From Kangiellaceae bacterium (lineage in GTDB: Bacteria; Pseudomonadota; Gammaproteobacteria; Enterobacterales; Kangiellaceae): a stretch of DNA of 64,000 nucleotides. The stretch covers positions 3,859 to 67,858 of the forward strand of contig JBDVOJ010000112.1 of assembly GCA_039969155.1 (NCBI GenBank), written 5' to 3'. A program made the translations under genes and the position numbers. Positions 22,231 to 31,883 of this stretch are shown piece by piece. The notes below the pieces were generated by a model. It searched no databases. It saw only the letters and a list, made by a program, of their open reading frames with translations, and was not told the origin of the DNA. Position 1 is the stretch's first letter. Each line of letters begins with the position of its first letter.

Positions 22231-22820
22231 ATTTCTTCACCTTCATTCTGTCTGCCCACGGCTCTAACACTGTCATTAATCTGAGAACTCAAAAGCTCTT
22301 TCAGTCGAGACACCCCTCGAAATATGCGATTCTTTACGGTGTTAGGATTAACCTCTAGTATCTGGCTGATTTCATCGATCGTCCTTTCTTCAAAATGTTT
22401 TAGTACAAACGCTACTCTGACTTCAGGGCTAAGCTTAGCAAGCGCATTGCTGGTTGATTGAATTAAGCTCTGATTTTGGTGCTGCTGTTCAGGACTATTT
22501 GTTTCATGATCCAAGTAGTGCTGCAAGTGTTCTTCCCCAACACTATTTTGATGACGAGCCAATTTACGCTGCATATCAATGGCGCAATTAACTACTATCG
22601 AATAATGCCAAGTCGAAAACTTGGCTCTTTGATCAAACGAGCCTAGTTTGTGGTAAAGCTTTACAAACACTTCTTGGGCGCAATCTTGCGCATGCCCTTT
22701 ATCATTAAGGATTCGATAGGCGATCGCGTAGGTCTTGTGGCTATAAGTTTCCACAATTTGCTGAAAAGCCATCATGTTGCCAGACTTAGCTTGCTGTATT
22801 AATTGAATAGGTTCCTGCAT
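22227..22820 (-). CDS. ECF-type RNA polymerase sigma-70 family factor
   Basis: 197 aa with sigma region 2 (AFQQIVETYSHKTYAIAYRIL...AQDCAQEVFVKLY) and region 4 (RVAFVLKHFEERTIDEISQILEVNPNTVKNRIFRG). Confidence 0.9.
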   Translation of the reverse strand: MQEPIQLIQQAKSGNMMAFQQIVETYSHKTYAIAYRILNDKGHAQDCAQEVFVKLYHKLGSFDQRAKFSTWHYSIVVNCAIDMQRKLARHQNSVGEEHLQHYLDHETNSPEQQHQNQSLIQSTSNALAKLSPEVRVAFVLKHFEERTIDEISQILEVNPNTVKNRIFRGVSRLKELLSSQINDSVRAVGRQNEGEEI

Positions 22821-22929
22821 ATATCATAGTATGACGAATGCAATTGAATATGGTTTGGTTTATTTGCTCTTTTTTAGAAAATTGGCTTTATGAATGAGGA
22901 AAAGCTCGGCAGAAGAAGGTCTGGGTAAA

Positions 22930-22954
22930 GGAGCCAGAATTGAATTCAGGCTCC
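22930..22954. terminator. hairpin after the phytase-like gene
   Basis: The stem is GGAGCC-N13-GGCTCC, flanked by an A-run and a T-run (bidirectional look). Confidence 0.45.
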
Positions 22955-22963
22955 TTTTTGTCG

Positions 22964-25900
22964 CTAATTTACTTGATAAACCGCGACTGTGCCGCTGATT
23001 TCGTTACCAACGATGACTAGCGGATAACCACTTGGGCTGTCTTCTGCTTTTACAAAAGTCATTCCTTCTGGCGCTAGGTCGCCATTGTTGATGTCATTGA
23101 AGTCTCGATTATTAGTGTAACTAATAAACTGAACGCCGTAAGGGTTAGTAATGTCGTACATAGCGATCCCCCCCATTCTTTCCATACCAATAAAAGCATA
23201 TGTGCGCTCACCAACTTGACCAACCGTTAGCGCTTCAGGTTCTGGGCCTTTTGCATCAGATCGAGTATCAGGGTCATTTTCATCTTCATCATTATTAAAG
23301 TTAACACCATAAAGACCGGCCGTGGTTTTCTCAAATTCAGCGCCACTGTCATAGACTAACTCACCCGATTCATCCCAGATGGAAAATGAGCGCGCACCAA
23401 ATGAATAAAGCGTCTCATATTCCTCATTCTCATTTTTACCCAAATAAGGAATCACTTTTAAACGACCCAACTGCTCATCCGTCTGTAAATTAACAGCATC
23501 GGGAAATGCTGCCGCATCTAGGGCTAAATCTTCGACACGCTCATCTACATCTTGGAACCCATCACCCGCATCACCTTCATTAGCCGTCAATAAATAGGTT
23601 TTTCCGTTAACCTGATAACTAGTGATGGTATCTGGCTGATATAAACCTAAGAGATTGTTATAGTTTCTAATGTTAACTTTGTCGTCCTTGTCGCTCGCGT
23701 CCAACTGGTTAGACTGCAAGCTATGATCTTTAAATCCTAGTCCTTTAACAGTCGTGATACTTTTGGCATTAAGGTCGACAATTGCCAACGCATTAATTTC
23801 TTGAAGCGTCACATAGGCGGTGGACGAATCGTCAGAGATGGTGACATATTCGGGCTCTATCGCATGAGCAAGGTCTAGCGCATCAGGATTGACATTAATA
23901 CCAGGAATAGATGTGCCATTGAAATTATCAAAATAAAGCGTTGTAGCAACGCTCTCGGCAATACCGTTATTTACATCGATGATTGACACTGAGCCTTTTT
24001 GATCATTTGCGGGATCATCCGTCGCCTGAGCTTCATTAGCTACGACAATTTTAGAGCCGTTTTTAGAAAATGCGACGTTATCTGGCAACACTCCCACCCG
24101 TACTGGTACAAAGTCATTGACATCAAAGCTGCCATCGGCATTTAATGAATAAACAAGGACTACACCACTTTCCATCAAGTCATCATCATGGGCAATCGCA
24201 ACAGCCATTAGATTTTCGTGAATAGCGATACTATTAATATCTGATACTGCGATCACTTCACTATCGATGATAACGCTATTCGGTAAATCATAAGTTACAC
24301 CTATCAAATTAAAATCAGTAGTCGGTGAAGCGAGAGCCTGTGTCGGAATCGCTGCTAAACTCGCGACTTCAATTCGATTGCCTAAGTCTCCATTGATTGC
24401 GAACACTGAATTTGAACTATGATGGTATTGAACGATTTCCGCAGCCCCCTCACCGGTTGAACTAGATTGGTATCGAGCTACCAAAGTCATCTCCAATTTC
24501 TCAGAAACATCTGATTGACTTGAAGTGAATTTATCGCCGATATTAAGAACATTTATTTCACTAGCGCTGCCTTCGATACCAAAATCGTTATCATTAATTA
24601 GCATAATATGTTGAGCATCTAACCACGCAATGCCCTCAATCTTTTTAGGTAGATCAGGAGCGTCAACCATGCTATTAAAAACCAGAGATTTACTGACCGG
24701 TGTCGCGTCAACGGCAGACAGGTTGTAAACGTCTTCAAGTGTTTTCAATTCATCTGACTCGTTAGCGATCACACCCATGCTGCTTAGAGTCGAGTTAAGA
24801 ATATTTTTACCGCTTGCTAAATTGATTCGATAGAGCTTAGTCGTTTTACTGATTCTTTCTAGAATGATGAGGTCATCATCGCCAACCGCTAATATTTCCG
24901 AAATTTTGACATCACTCTGATTTTTATTCAGATCGCCAATGACTCCGTCAGTGAAAGTTTCAGGCATATCGATTTGATAAACATATTCACCAACCGCGTC
25001 TCCAAGCTCTCCGTCGACTAGCATATACTTCATCACACGAACGTTTCTAGACACTTTGTAATTAGGATTCTGTAAAGGGCTTTGCATAATAAAATAAAGC
25101 GAGGTTTCGTCAGGTGATACCGCAATCGATTCAATACCTCGATTCAATTTTCGCTTATGATAAACTGCTGGAAGATCACCCGCGATAGGGTAGTTAGCAT
25201 CGGCTAATTGGGTTTCCATTCCCGCAGGAACCGACCGAGAAATAATAGTGCCATCTGCGGCAACGTGAAGAATTGAAACGCCATACTCTTCGGCTATCCA
25301 AAAGCTTCCGTCGCTAAGCCTAACCATGGCTTCCGGATCTAACCCTTCAGAATCGAATGCTACTTCCGCGCCATTTGCATCAAATGCAAGCTCGGTATTG
25401 CTAGTATCATCGCTGAATGTTAGTGGATTTGGAAGGCCAGTAATCGGAACGCCATCCGCATCTTTCAAAGTAATGGTCTCCAGCAATTTAACTTGCTTAG
25501 CACCGGCAGTATTCTCAACTAATTCCCATTTATAAATACTCGGAGAAAAATCCAATATTGGAAATATCTTACCGCTCGTCGGTTCACCATTAACAACACA
25601 AAAGTTAGCAATATTGATTATCTCTTCGGCATCACTACACTTTATATTGGGTCCGCGATCGGAAATAGTATAAAACACATTCGCTGCGTCTTCTGGGTAA
25701 TGGTAAGCTCCTGAGCCAAATCCTATGGTTAAGTCGATGGTATTTCCAACTTGCGCACCCAGTTGAAATGAAGATGTCGCGAGAGCTTCAGCTCCTTGTT
25801 CAAATGTAAATGTTATTTTGCTCGCGAGCAAATTACTGATGTTAGTCGCCAAGCTTGGACTACAAACATTTCCTGTAGCGTCAATTTCTGAATCATCCAG

Positions 25901-26110
25901 GATATTGTTTGCATTATTATCGAGACCACTATCGATTCTAACTCCACCATTAAAACATGCTGTAGAACCAACAGCTATTTGAGTTTGTGTTACCAAACTA
26001 TTTAAGCCGTTTTCTCCGGCCTCACCCTGACTTCCATCCTCGCCATCATCGTAGCAAGCCGAAAGCGCCGTAGTTAAACTTATTATAAGAATTGATTTTT
26101 TGAAGTTCAC
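22964..26110 (-). CDS. large lipoprotein with a phytase-like esterase region and a choice-of-anchor-I / beta-propeller-like C-terminal region (putative secreted phosphohydrolase)
   Basis: 1048 aa with a lipobox (LSACYDD). The N-half resembles the 'esterase-like activity of phytase' family. The C-half resembles choice-of-anchor I proteins (..EPEYVTISDD.., ..GPEPEALTVG.., ..LAPEGMTFV..). A Pho box lies upstream. Domain calls are from memory of these families and are not searched. Confidence 0.55.
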   Translation of the reverse strand: MNFKKSILIISLTTALSACYDDGEDGSQGEAGENGLNSLVTQTQIAVGSTACFNGGVRIDSGLDNNANNILDDSEIDATGNVCSPSLATNISNLLASKITFTFEQGAEALATSSFQLGAQVGNTIDLTIGFGSGAYHYPEDAANVFYTISDRGPNIKCSDAEEIINIANFCVVNGEPTSGKIFPILDFSPSIYKWELVENTAGAKQVKLLETITLKDADGVPITGLPNPLTFSDDTSNTELAFDANGAEVAFDSEGLDPEAMVRLSDGSFWIAEEYGVSILHVAADGTIISRSVPAGMETQLADANYPIAGDLPAVYHKRKLNRGIESIAVSPDETSLYFIMQSPLQNPNYKVSRNVRVMKYMLVDGELGDAVGEYVYQIDMPETFTDGVIGDLNKNQSDVKISEILAVGDDDLIILERISKTTKLYRINLASGKNILNSTLSSMGVIANESDELKTLEDVYNLSAVDATPVSKSLVFNSMVDAPDLPKKIEGIAWLDAQHIMLINDNDFGIEGSASEINVLNIGDKFTSSQSDVSEKLEMTLVARYQSSSTGEGAAEIVQYHHSSNSVFAINGDLGNRIEVASLAAIPTQALASPTTDFNLIGVTYDLPNSVIIDSEVIAVSDINSIAIHENLMAVAIAHDDDLMESGVVLVYSLNADGSFDVNDFVPVRVGVLPDNVAFSKNGSKIVVANEAQATDDPANDQKGSVSIIDVNNGIAESVATTLYFDNFNGTSIPGINVNPDALDLAHAIEPEYVTISDDSSTAYVTLQEINALAIVDLNAKSITTVKGLGFKDHSLQSNQLDASDKDDKVNIRNYNNLLGLYQPDTITSYQVNGKTYLLTANEGDAGDGFQDVDERVEDLALDAAAFPDAVNLQTDEQLGRLKVIPYLGKNENEEYETLYSFGARSFSIWDESGELVYDSGAEFEKTTAGLYGVNFNNDEDENDPDTRSDAKGPEPEALTVGQVGERTYAFIGMERMGGIAMYDITNPYGVQFISYTNNRDFNDINNGDLAPEGMTFVKAEDSPSGYPLVIVGNEISGTVAVYQVN

Positions 26111-26173
26111 AAGAATATCCTAGTATTGAGATTAATTTTCGGCTCAATGTTAAGAGTGATTTGTTAAACTAAT

Positions 26174-26191
26174 ATGACACTATTATGATAG
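26174..26191 (-). promoter_or_regulatory. Pho box upstream of the phytase-like lipoprotein gene
   Basis: The minus strand reads CTATCAT-AATA-GTGTCAT in an 11-bp register, about 62 nt upstream of the ATG. Confidence 0.7.
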
Positions 26192-26329
26192 GTTGATTGC
26201 ACGTTCCTTAGTTAGAATTAGACCTACAATATGATTCGACTAAGCCTTAAAGTGTAAATGGGTGTGACTTTTAGCGAATATCCCTTGTAGTTTTATTTCA
26301 AGAATTTTATAGTCAGGCTCACACACTTT

Positions 26330-27340
26330 GTGTTGTTTAAAGCATATCGAGATTCTGCAAGCAGAAGGGATACCACTATGACTAACTTACGAGCTATTTT
26401 CGGTTTTACCTGTATCATCTTAACTAATCTCCTGGTCACCGGTTGCACCGCTGTAACAAAGCAACAATCAGATAACATGGCTACGCCGCCAATGGGTTCT
26501 CTTGTTTCTACGGAATGGCTCAGTGAAAATTTAGACCAACCGGATTTGGTAGTTGTTGATAGCACAGTCATCGTAAAAATGGATGAGCAAGGCAAAATGA
26601 GCAACATCAGTGGTTATTCTCGATATCAACAAGAGCACATACCGAACGCTCGATTTGCTGATTTAAAAGGTGCGATGTCAAGCCATGATAGTCCGTTAGA
26701 CTTTGTGATGCCGACACCAAGACAATTTGCTGCAGAGCTCGGCAAACTAGGCATCGACAACAACTCCAAAGTAGTAATTTATAGTACTGATAATCATGTG
26801 TGGGCGGCTCGATTATGGTGGATGCTGCGTTGGGCTGGGTTACAACAAGTAGCGATTTTAGATGGTGGGTTTGCCGCTTGGAAGGCCGAGAGTAGAGCGA
26901 TTAGCTCTCAAGAACCTAAGTTTTCAGAAAAGAAGTTTAAATTAGCTTTAAAACCGGAATTAATCGCCGATCGCAATCAAGTTTTTAATGCAATCAGCGA
27001 TCCAACCGTTCGTATCGTGGATGCACTTCCTGCCGCCTCATATAGCGGGCAGTTTTCAATGTACGCCAGACCAGGTCATATTCCTACGGCAAGCAATATG
27101 CCTACATCTGATCTGGTTAACGAAACAGGCCATTACAAGTCATTCGACGAACTCGATATGATGCAAGAAGGTAATCGCGAGCAACGAGTCATTACTTATT
27201 GTGGTGGTGGCGTGGCAGCGTCTGGTGCGGCATTCACTTTACATCGGTTAGGTTTCAAGAATGTAGCGGTTTATATGGGATCGCTCCAAGAGTGGGCGGA
27301 GGATCCTAAGAATCCAATGACCACTGATGTCACTGAATAA
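26330..27340 (+). CDS. rhodanese-domain sulfurtransferase (SseA/thiosulfate-3-mercaptopyruvate type), lipoprotein-like leader
   Basis: It has tandem rhodanese domains and the active-site loop YCGGGVAAS. The probable start is MTNLRAIFGF... near 26378, with a lipobox LVTGC. Confidence 0.8.
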   Translation: MLFKAYRDSASRRDTTMTNLRAIFGFTCIILTNLLVTGCTAVTKQQSDNMATPPMGSLVSTEWLSENLDQPDLVVVDSTVIVKMDEQGKMSNISGYSRYQQEHIPNARFADLKGAMSSHDSPLDFVMPTPRQFAAELGKLGIDNNSKVVIYSTDNHVWAARLWWMLRWAGLQQVAILDGGFAAWKAESRAISSQEPKFSEKKFKLALKPELIADRNQVFNAISDPTVRIVDALPAASYSGQFSMYARPGHIPTASNMPTSDLVNETGHYKSFDELDMMQEGNREQRVITYCGGGVAASGAAFTLHRLGFKNVAVYMGSLQEWAEDPKNPMTTDVTE

Positions 27341-27372
27341 TACGATTTAACTTTGCAAGCCAGGATTTAGAA

Positions 27373-28977
27373 ATGGTGTTGAAACACTCTCCAGTTAGAT
27401 GGTTAGTCTTGGTTTCAATGTTGCTTAGCTCGTGTACTTACTTGAAATATTCTTCGATTCAAGCCGAGTACGCTCGAATTCAAAATGCCTCACCCAGCCA
27501 AATGACTCTCAAGCATATGCTTGACCGAGACACTTTTTTTGTCGTAGGGAAAACAGTCGATTCACTTGGAAAATCGCAAAAAGAACCAATGGCAGTCGCT
27601 GCATTTTCCAATAAATTTTCTTTGAACGAAAGAGTCGATACGATGTATCTGAATCGTTCGGGAACCCATTTCGGACTGAATCTCCCAGCCGGAGAATTTC
27701 AGCTAATTGTGGTAAGAGATACCAATCATGACGGAATTTTTACAAGTGACGAAGTAATAGGCGAGCAGTCAATTACACTGAATTTGGAATCCCACCCGCA
27801 GAAAATAGTATCACAAGTTGAAATAGACTTAACTCAATCGAAAACTCATATTAGTTTCGATTCATTTCCTGTGAAAGATAGCGAGGTCGAACAACCTTCG
27901 CTCTACTTTCCAAATGGCGCAATAAGAAAACTTACCGACCCGATATTCGATAAAAACATCGCAACACTCGGGATGTACGATCCTGCGTCATTCCTTGAAC
28001 ATGCTCCTACAACTTTCTTCGCACTTGAGGAAGATCAAGTACATAAGATCCCTGTCATCTTTGTTCACGGTATTGATGACAGTCCTAGAGCCTTCGAAAC
28101 GATTATTTCGCAACTTGACCGCAACAGATATAAGCCCTGGTTTTTCTATTACCCGTCTGGTGGGGACTTAAATCAGTTAGCAGAATTATTTTATAATGTA
28201 TTTCTTTCAGGGAAAGTTATCTCGCTTAGTGATATGCCACTTATTGTGGTAGCTCATAGTATGGGAGGGCTGGTTGTTCGCGAATCGATTAATCAATACT
28301 TAGGCGACCATTACGAGAATAAACTGAAATTATTTGTCAGTATCGCAAGCCCCTTAGGCGGTCATCCAGACGCTAAGTCTGGAGTCGAAAATGGACTCAT
28401 CGTACTGCCAGCCTGGAGAGATTTAGATCCCTCTAGTCAATTTATTCAAAACCTTTATAGGCGCCAATTACCTACGGATTTAGAACATCACCTATTTTAC
28501 GCATATCATAATTCTGACACCCTAAAACTAGGGGAGAATAGTGATGGTGTGGTTCCGCTTTCAAGCCAGCTTCATCAAATAGCACAACGCCAATCAAACT
28601 TACAAATAGGTTTCAAAAACAACCACACCGATATCCTAGAAAGCCAAGTTATGATCGATCAGCTGCTCGAAACTATGTCGACAATTACCAGCATATTTCC
28701 TGAAGATCATATGGAGATGCTAGAAAACGCCGGTCTAGATTTAGCGTTAGACGATTCATATGATCCGAGAACCAAGCACCTTCTAAGTTATGCGGGAAAA
28801 TACATTGCAAAATTGATTAGCGGAGAAATTCCAACAATACACCCTCATCAAGATATATTTCTAGAGGCTGTTCTAGGTAAAAGAAAGCCGGCAACTACCA
28901 TTGAAAAAGACTTTGTGAAGCTAGTTGCGGCCTATCCGCATATTTTCACAGTAGGACCCGATTCACATGACGAATGA
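27373..28977 (+). CDS. alpha/beta-hydrolase (lipase/esterase-like) lipoprotein
   Basis: 534 aa with a lipobox (LLSSCTY), a nucleophile elbow AHSMGG, and an upstream VHGIDDSP oxyanion-type motif. Confidence 0.65.
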   Translation: MVLKHSPVRWLVLVSMLLSSCTYLKYSSIQAEYARIQNASPSQMTLKHMLDRDTFFVVGKTVDSLGKSQKEPMAVAAFSNKFSLNERVDTMYLNRSGTHFGLNLPAGEFQLIVVRDTNHDGIFTSDEVIGEQSITLNLESHPQKIVSQVEIDLTQSKTHISFDSFPVKDSEVEQPSLYFPNGAIRKLTDPIFDKNIATLGMYDPASFLEHAPTTFFALEEDQVHKIPVIFVHGIDDSPRAFETIISQLDRNRYKPWFFYYPSGGDLNQLAELFYNVFLSGKVISLSDMPLIVVAHSMGGLVVRESINQYLGDHYENKLKLFVSIASPLGGHPDAKSGVENGLIVLPAWRDLDPSSQFIQNLYRRQLPTDLEHHLFYAYHNSDTLKLGENSDGVVPLSSQLHQIAQRQSNLQIGFKNNHTDILESQVMIDQLLETMSTITSIFPEDHMEMLENAGLDLALDDSYDPRTKHLLSYAGKYIAKLISGEIPTIHPHQDIFLEAVLGKRKPATTIEKDFVKLVAAYPHIFTVGPDSHDE

Positions 28978-29554
28978 TCCAAAAAGCGACCTATCTGAAT
29001 CAAAACAAAAGCGTGTAAAGGTCTTTATTATCGTTTATCCATTCGCATTAATCACTATCGCGATACTTGTGAATTGGCTATTGCTTGGTATCAACAATCT
29101 GACATTCAGTTCGCCGAACGATCACGTTGTTACCGTTTTGATTCTAACAACCATTGGTTTGCTAGCTAATCACACTTGGTTAATGACCGCGACCGAACTC
29201 ACCCGACTGCGTTATCGTTTATATGCAACACCAGAAGAATGGCGAAACAGTGGTAGAGATAAACAGCAAGCATCCAGTAAAGGTCTCGAAGAATTAGAAA
29301 GGATTCATAATGCGCATAGAAATACCACGGAAAACACCGTATATTTCGTATTACTCGGAACGCTTTTTGTGATGTTTTCGCCAACCGTGCTAGCAGCCTC
29401 TGTCTGGTTAAGCATTTTCGCTTTCGCTAGACTCGGTTACACTTATAGTTATTTAAAAGGTTTAGATAATATTCGCGGAATCTTTATGAGTTTAGGGTTA
29501 CTCAGCTTATTTGGGATGGCGAGTAATTTACTTTTAGCGCTTCTCGCGCTTTAG
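28967..29554 (+). CDS. MAPEG-family membrane protein
   Basis: 195 aa with 4 TM segments. The motif RIHNAHRNTTENTVYFVLL resembles the MAPEG signature (R..AH.N..EN...F). It overlaps the upstream hydrolase gene by 11 nt. Confidence 0.55.
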   Translation: MTNDPKSDLSESKQKRVKVFIIVYPFALITIAILVNWLLLGINNLTFSSPNDHVVTVLILTTIGLLANHTWLMTATELTRLRYRLYATPEEWRNSGRDKQQASSKGLEELERIHNAHRNTTENTVYFVLLGTLFVMFSPTVLAASVWLSIFAFARLGYTYSYLKGLDNIRGIFMSLGLLSLFGMASNLLLALLAL

Positions 29555-29603
29555 CCACCTAAACATTCGAGGGCCGAAAAACCCTATTTATCCGCTCTAT
29601 GCT

Positions 29604-30758
29604 TTACTCAAGTGCTTGAGTTATATCTGCCATCAAGTCATCTAGCTTTTCACAACCGACACTTAATCGAATTAGCCCTGGTGACACATCATCGGTTCCC
29701 CATCGCGCTCGGCGTTCAGCCATTGAATGGATCCCTCCAAAACTGGTCGCCTCAAAGATTAATTGCGAACGCTCTAAAAACTTATCTGCTGATTGTTGTT
29801 CACCTAAGTCAAAACTAATGATAAATCCGAAATGATGCATTTGTTTGCTCGCGATAGCATGAGATGGGTCAGTCACTAAACCTGGAAACCTGACTGATTT
29901 AACTTTGCTGTTGCTCGCCAAATACTCAGCAATTTTTTGAGCGTTGTTTACCATTCTTTCTAGTCGTAAATCTAAACTAGCCAACCCTCGATGTACTAAC
30001 CATGACTCCATAGGGCCAGCAATATTCCCAGACAGCTTGCGCCATAATCGCATTGCTTCTAGCATTTCGGAATTATTAGTGGCGATATGACCAAAAAGCA
30101 CATCGCTATGACCATTAACAGCCTTGGTATCAGAACACATTGAAATGTCAGCACCCAGCAACAAGGGCTGCTGCCCGAGCGGTGTGCTGGTGGTGTTATC
30201 AATCGCTAAAATCGCTCCAGCTTGGTGCACCTTATCCGCCAATAGTTGAATGTCGACAACATCTAACAGCGGGTTGCTAGGCGTTTCTATGAAGACTAAT
30301 TTAATGCCTGTGAAATCCTGTAGCAATAACTCATTCGTTGGCACCGCTTTAATAATGACTCCAAATTTCTTGAGAAATGATTCAGCGTAAGCACGAGTGG
30401 CGTAGTAACCATCGGATTGCAATAACAATACATCGCCAGCTTCAACTAACGAAGTCATTACCGCAGCACCCGCCGCCATCCCAGAAGGAAACACCAGTGC
30501 ATCGCCGCCTTCAAGTTGACCGAGTGCCTCCTCTAGCGAATCCCAAGTGGGATTATGAAATCTTGCATATTGGTGATGGTCATTGTCGACTTCGCCCGAC
30601 AAATGAAATGCACTGGCAAACGTTGGACCACTCACAAAAGGCGCCCCCTGTTTTGCTGGTTTGATACCGGCGTGAATGGTTTTGGTCGCTAGAGAAACTG
30701 TTGGTTTTTTGGTCATAAAAATCTCAATCAAAGGTTTGGCAGTGTATTGAATGCTCAA
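29604..30758 (-). CDS. PLP-dependent trans-sulfuration enzyme (cystathionine gamma-synthase/lyase family)
   Basis: It has the Cys/Met-metabolism PLP fold and the PLP-lysine motif SDTKAVNGHSD. The probable start is MTKKPTVSLATKTIHAG. Confidence 0.85.
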   Translation of the reverse strand: MSIQYTAKPLIEIFMTKKPTVSLATKTIHAGIKPAKQGAPFVSGPTFASAFHLSGEVDNDHHQYARFHNPTWDSLEEALGQLEGGDALVFPSGMAAGAAVMTSLVEAGDVLLLQSDGYYATRAYAESFLKKFGVIIKAVPTNELLLQDFTGIKLVFIETPSNPLLDVVDIQLLADKVHQAGAILAIDNTTSTPLGQQPLLLGADISMCSDTKAVNGHSDVLFGHIATNNSEMLEAMRLWRKLSGNIAGPMESWLVHRGLASLDLRLERMVNNAQKIAEYLASNSKVKSVRFPGLVTDPSHAIASKQMHHFGFIISFDLGEQQSADKFLERSQLIFEATSFGGIHSMAERRARWGTDDVSPGLIRLSVGCEKLDDLMADITQALE

Positions 30759-30801
30759 ATTCTAAGTTAATGCTTCAACATGTTTAAGCTTTATCAATCG
30801 T

Positions 30802-30824
30802 GTTACTCTTTGATAAAGAGTAAC
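30802..30824. promoter_or_regulatory. perfect 10-bp-arm palindrome in a divergent promoter region
   Basis: GTTACTCTTT-GAT-AAAGAGTAAC lies between the trans-sulfuration gene and the EamA transporter gene. Confidence 0.4.
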
Positions 30825-30916
30825 AGCTTATACTACCACGTGAAATAAATGAAAAGTTAGTACCTAGTTGAGCTTGTTCTGATTGACCATTAACTACTTA
30901 GCAAAGGAACAAAGAT

Positions 30917-31792
30917 TTGCCTGACTCAATTAAAATCTTCGTGATAACAGGCTTAGCCTTGTTAGCCTTTGCGGCTAACTCAATTTTTTGCCGATTAGCT
31001 CTGCAGCCTTCCAATATAGACCCTGCAAGTTTCACTAGTATTCGATTGATTTCAGGAGCGTTAGCCTTAATTATCATTTTGGCGATACGTCCGGGAAGCG
31101 ATTCATTAAATATCACCAAGACCCTATTTACCAAGCAAGGCTGGAACTGGTTAGGTGCTTTGTTGTTGTTTTCGTATGCCATATTGTTTTCGTTCGCTTA
31201 CACCTTGTTAGACACAGCAACCGGTGCGCTTATTCTATTTGCTACGGTTCAAATTTTCCTGTTGATAAGCCAATTAGTACAGGGCTATCGATTTAGCAAG
31301 GTAGAAATTATTGGGATTATTCTTGCGATGATAGGATTCATCTATTTAACTTTGCCCGGTGCATCTCGCCCCGATTGGTTAGGCTTATTATTAATGAGTT
31401 TGGCCGGTATATCTTGGGCAGGCTATACCCTAGCAGGGAAGCACGCCAGTCACCCGACTAAGAATACCGCCGAGAATTTCGTACGCTGTGTTCCGATCAC
31501 CATAATTGCGTGGATTATTTTTAGTGATCAACACTCTATTAATGCTTGGGGAATTTTATGGGCAGTATTGTCTGGTGTATTCGCCTCAGCTATGGGATAC
31601 AGTCTCTGGTATTATTCAGTTAAGCATATCAATATGACTCAAGCGGCGTTATCTCAACTGCTAGTCCCTGTACTGGCGGCAATTGGAGGAGTCTTGTTGG
31701 TTAAAGAGTCAGTGACTAGCTCGTTTATAATTTCGGCCGTGTTGATAGTATTAGGGATCGCAATGGTTTCGCTCACCAAAAAAAAAGGTTAG
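30917..31792 (+). CDS. DMT-superfamily (EamA-like) transporter
   Basis: 291 aa with about 10 TM segments and a duplicated EamA-like architecture. Confidence 0.8.
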   Translation: MPDSIKIFVITGLALLAFAANSIFCRLALQPSNIDPASFTSIRLISGALALIIILAIRPGSDSLNITKTLFTKQGWNWLGALLLFSYAILFSFAYTLLDTATGALILFATVQIFLLISQLVQGYRFSKVEIIGIILAMIGFIYLTLPGASRPDWLGLLLMSLAGISWAGYTLAGKHASHPTKNTAENFVRCVPITIIAWIIFSDQHSINAWGILWAVLSGVFASAMGYSLWYYSVKHINMTQAALSQLLVPVLAAIGGVLLVKESVTSSFIISAVLIVLGIAMVSLTKKKG

Positions 31793-31883
31793 ATGCGGTA
31801 CTTAAAAATTAACTCGGTGAAATTTTAACAACGGCGTGTATACCTCAACATCAAATTAGCAACCAAAATTAAAAGGATTAACT

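Noticed and set aside
22821-22850. TTCGTCATACTATGATAT upstream of the ECF sigma gene as a Pho box
   Set aside because: Only one half-site resembles CTGTCAT and the second does not. The AAC-N16-CGTC arrangement fits an ECF-type autoregulated promoter better.
26293-26607. 104-aa minus-strand ORF overlapping the start of the rhodanese gene
   Set aside because: It has no recognisable features and lies opposite a motif-supported gene. The region upstream is needed for the Pho-box promoter of the divergent gene.
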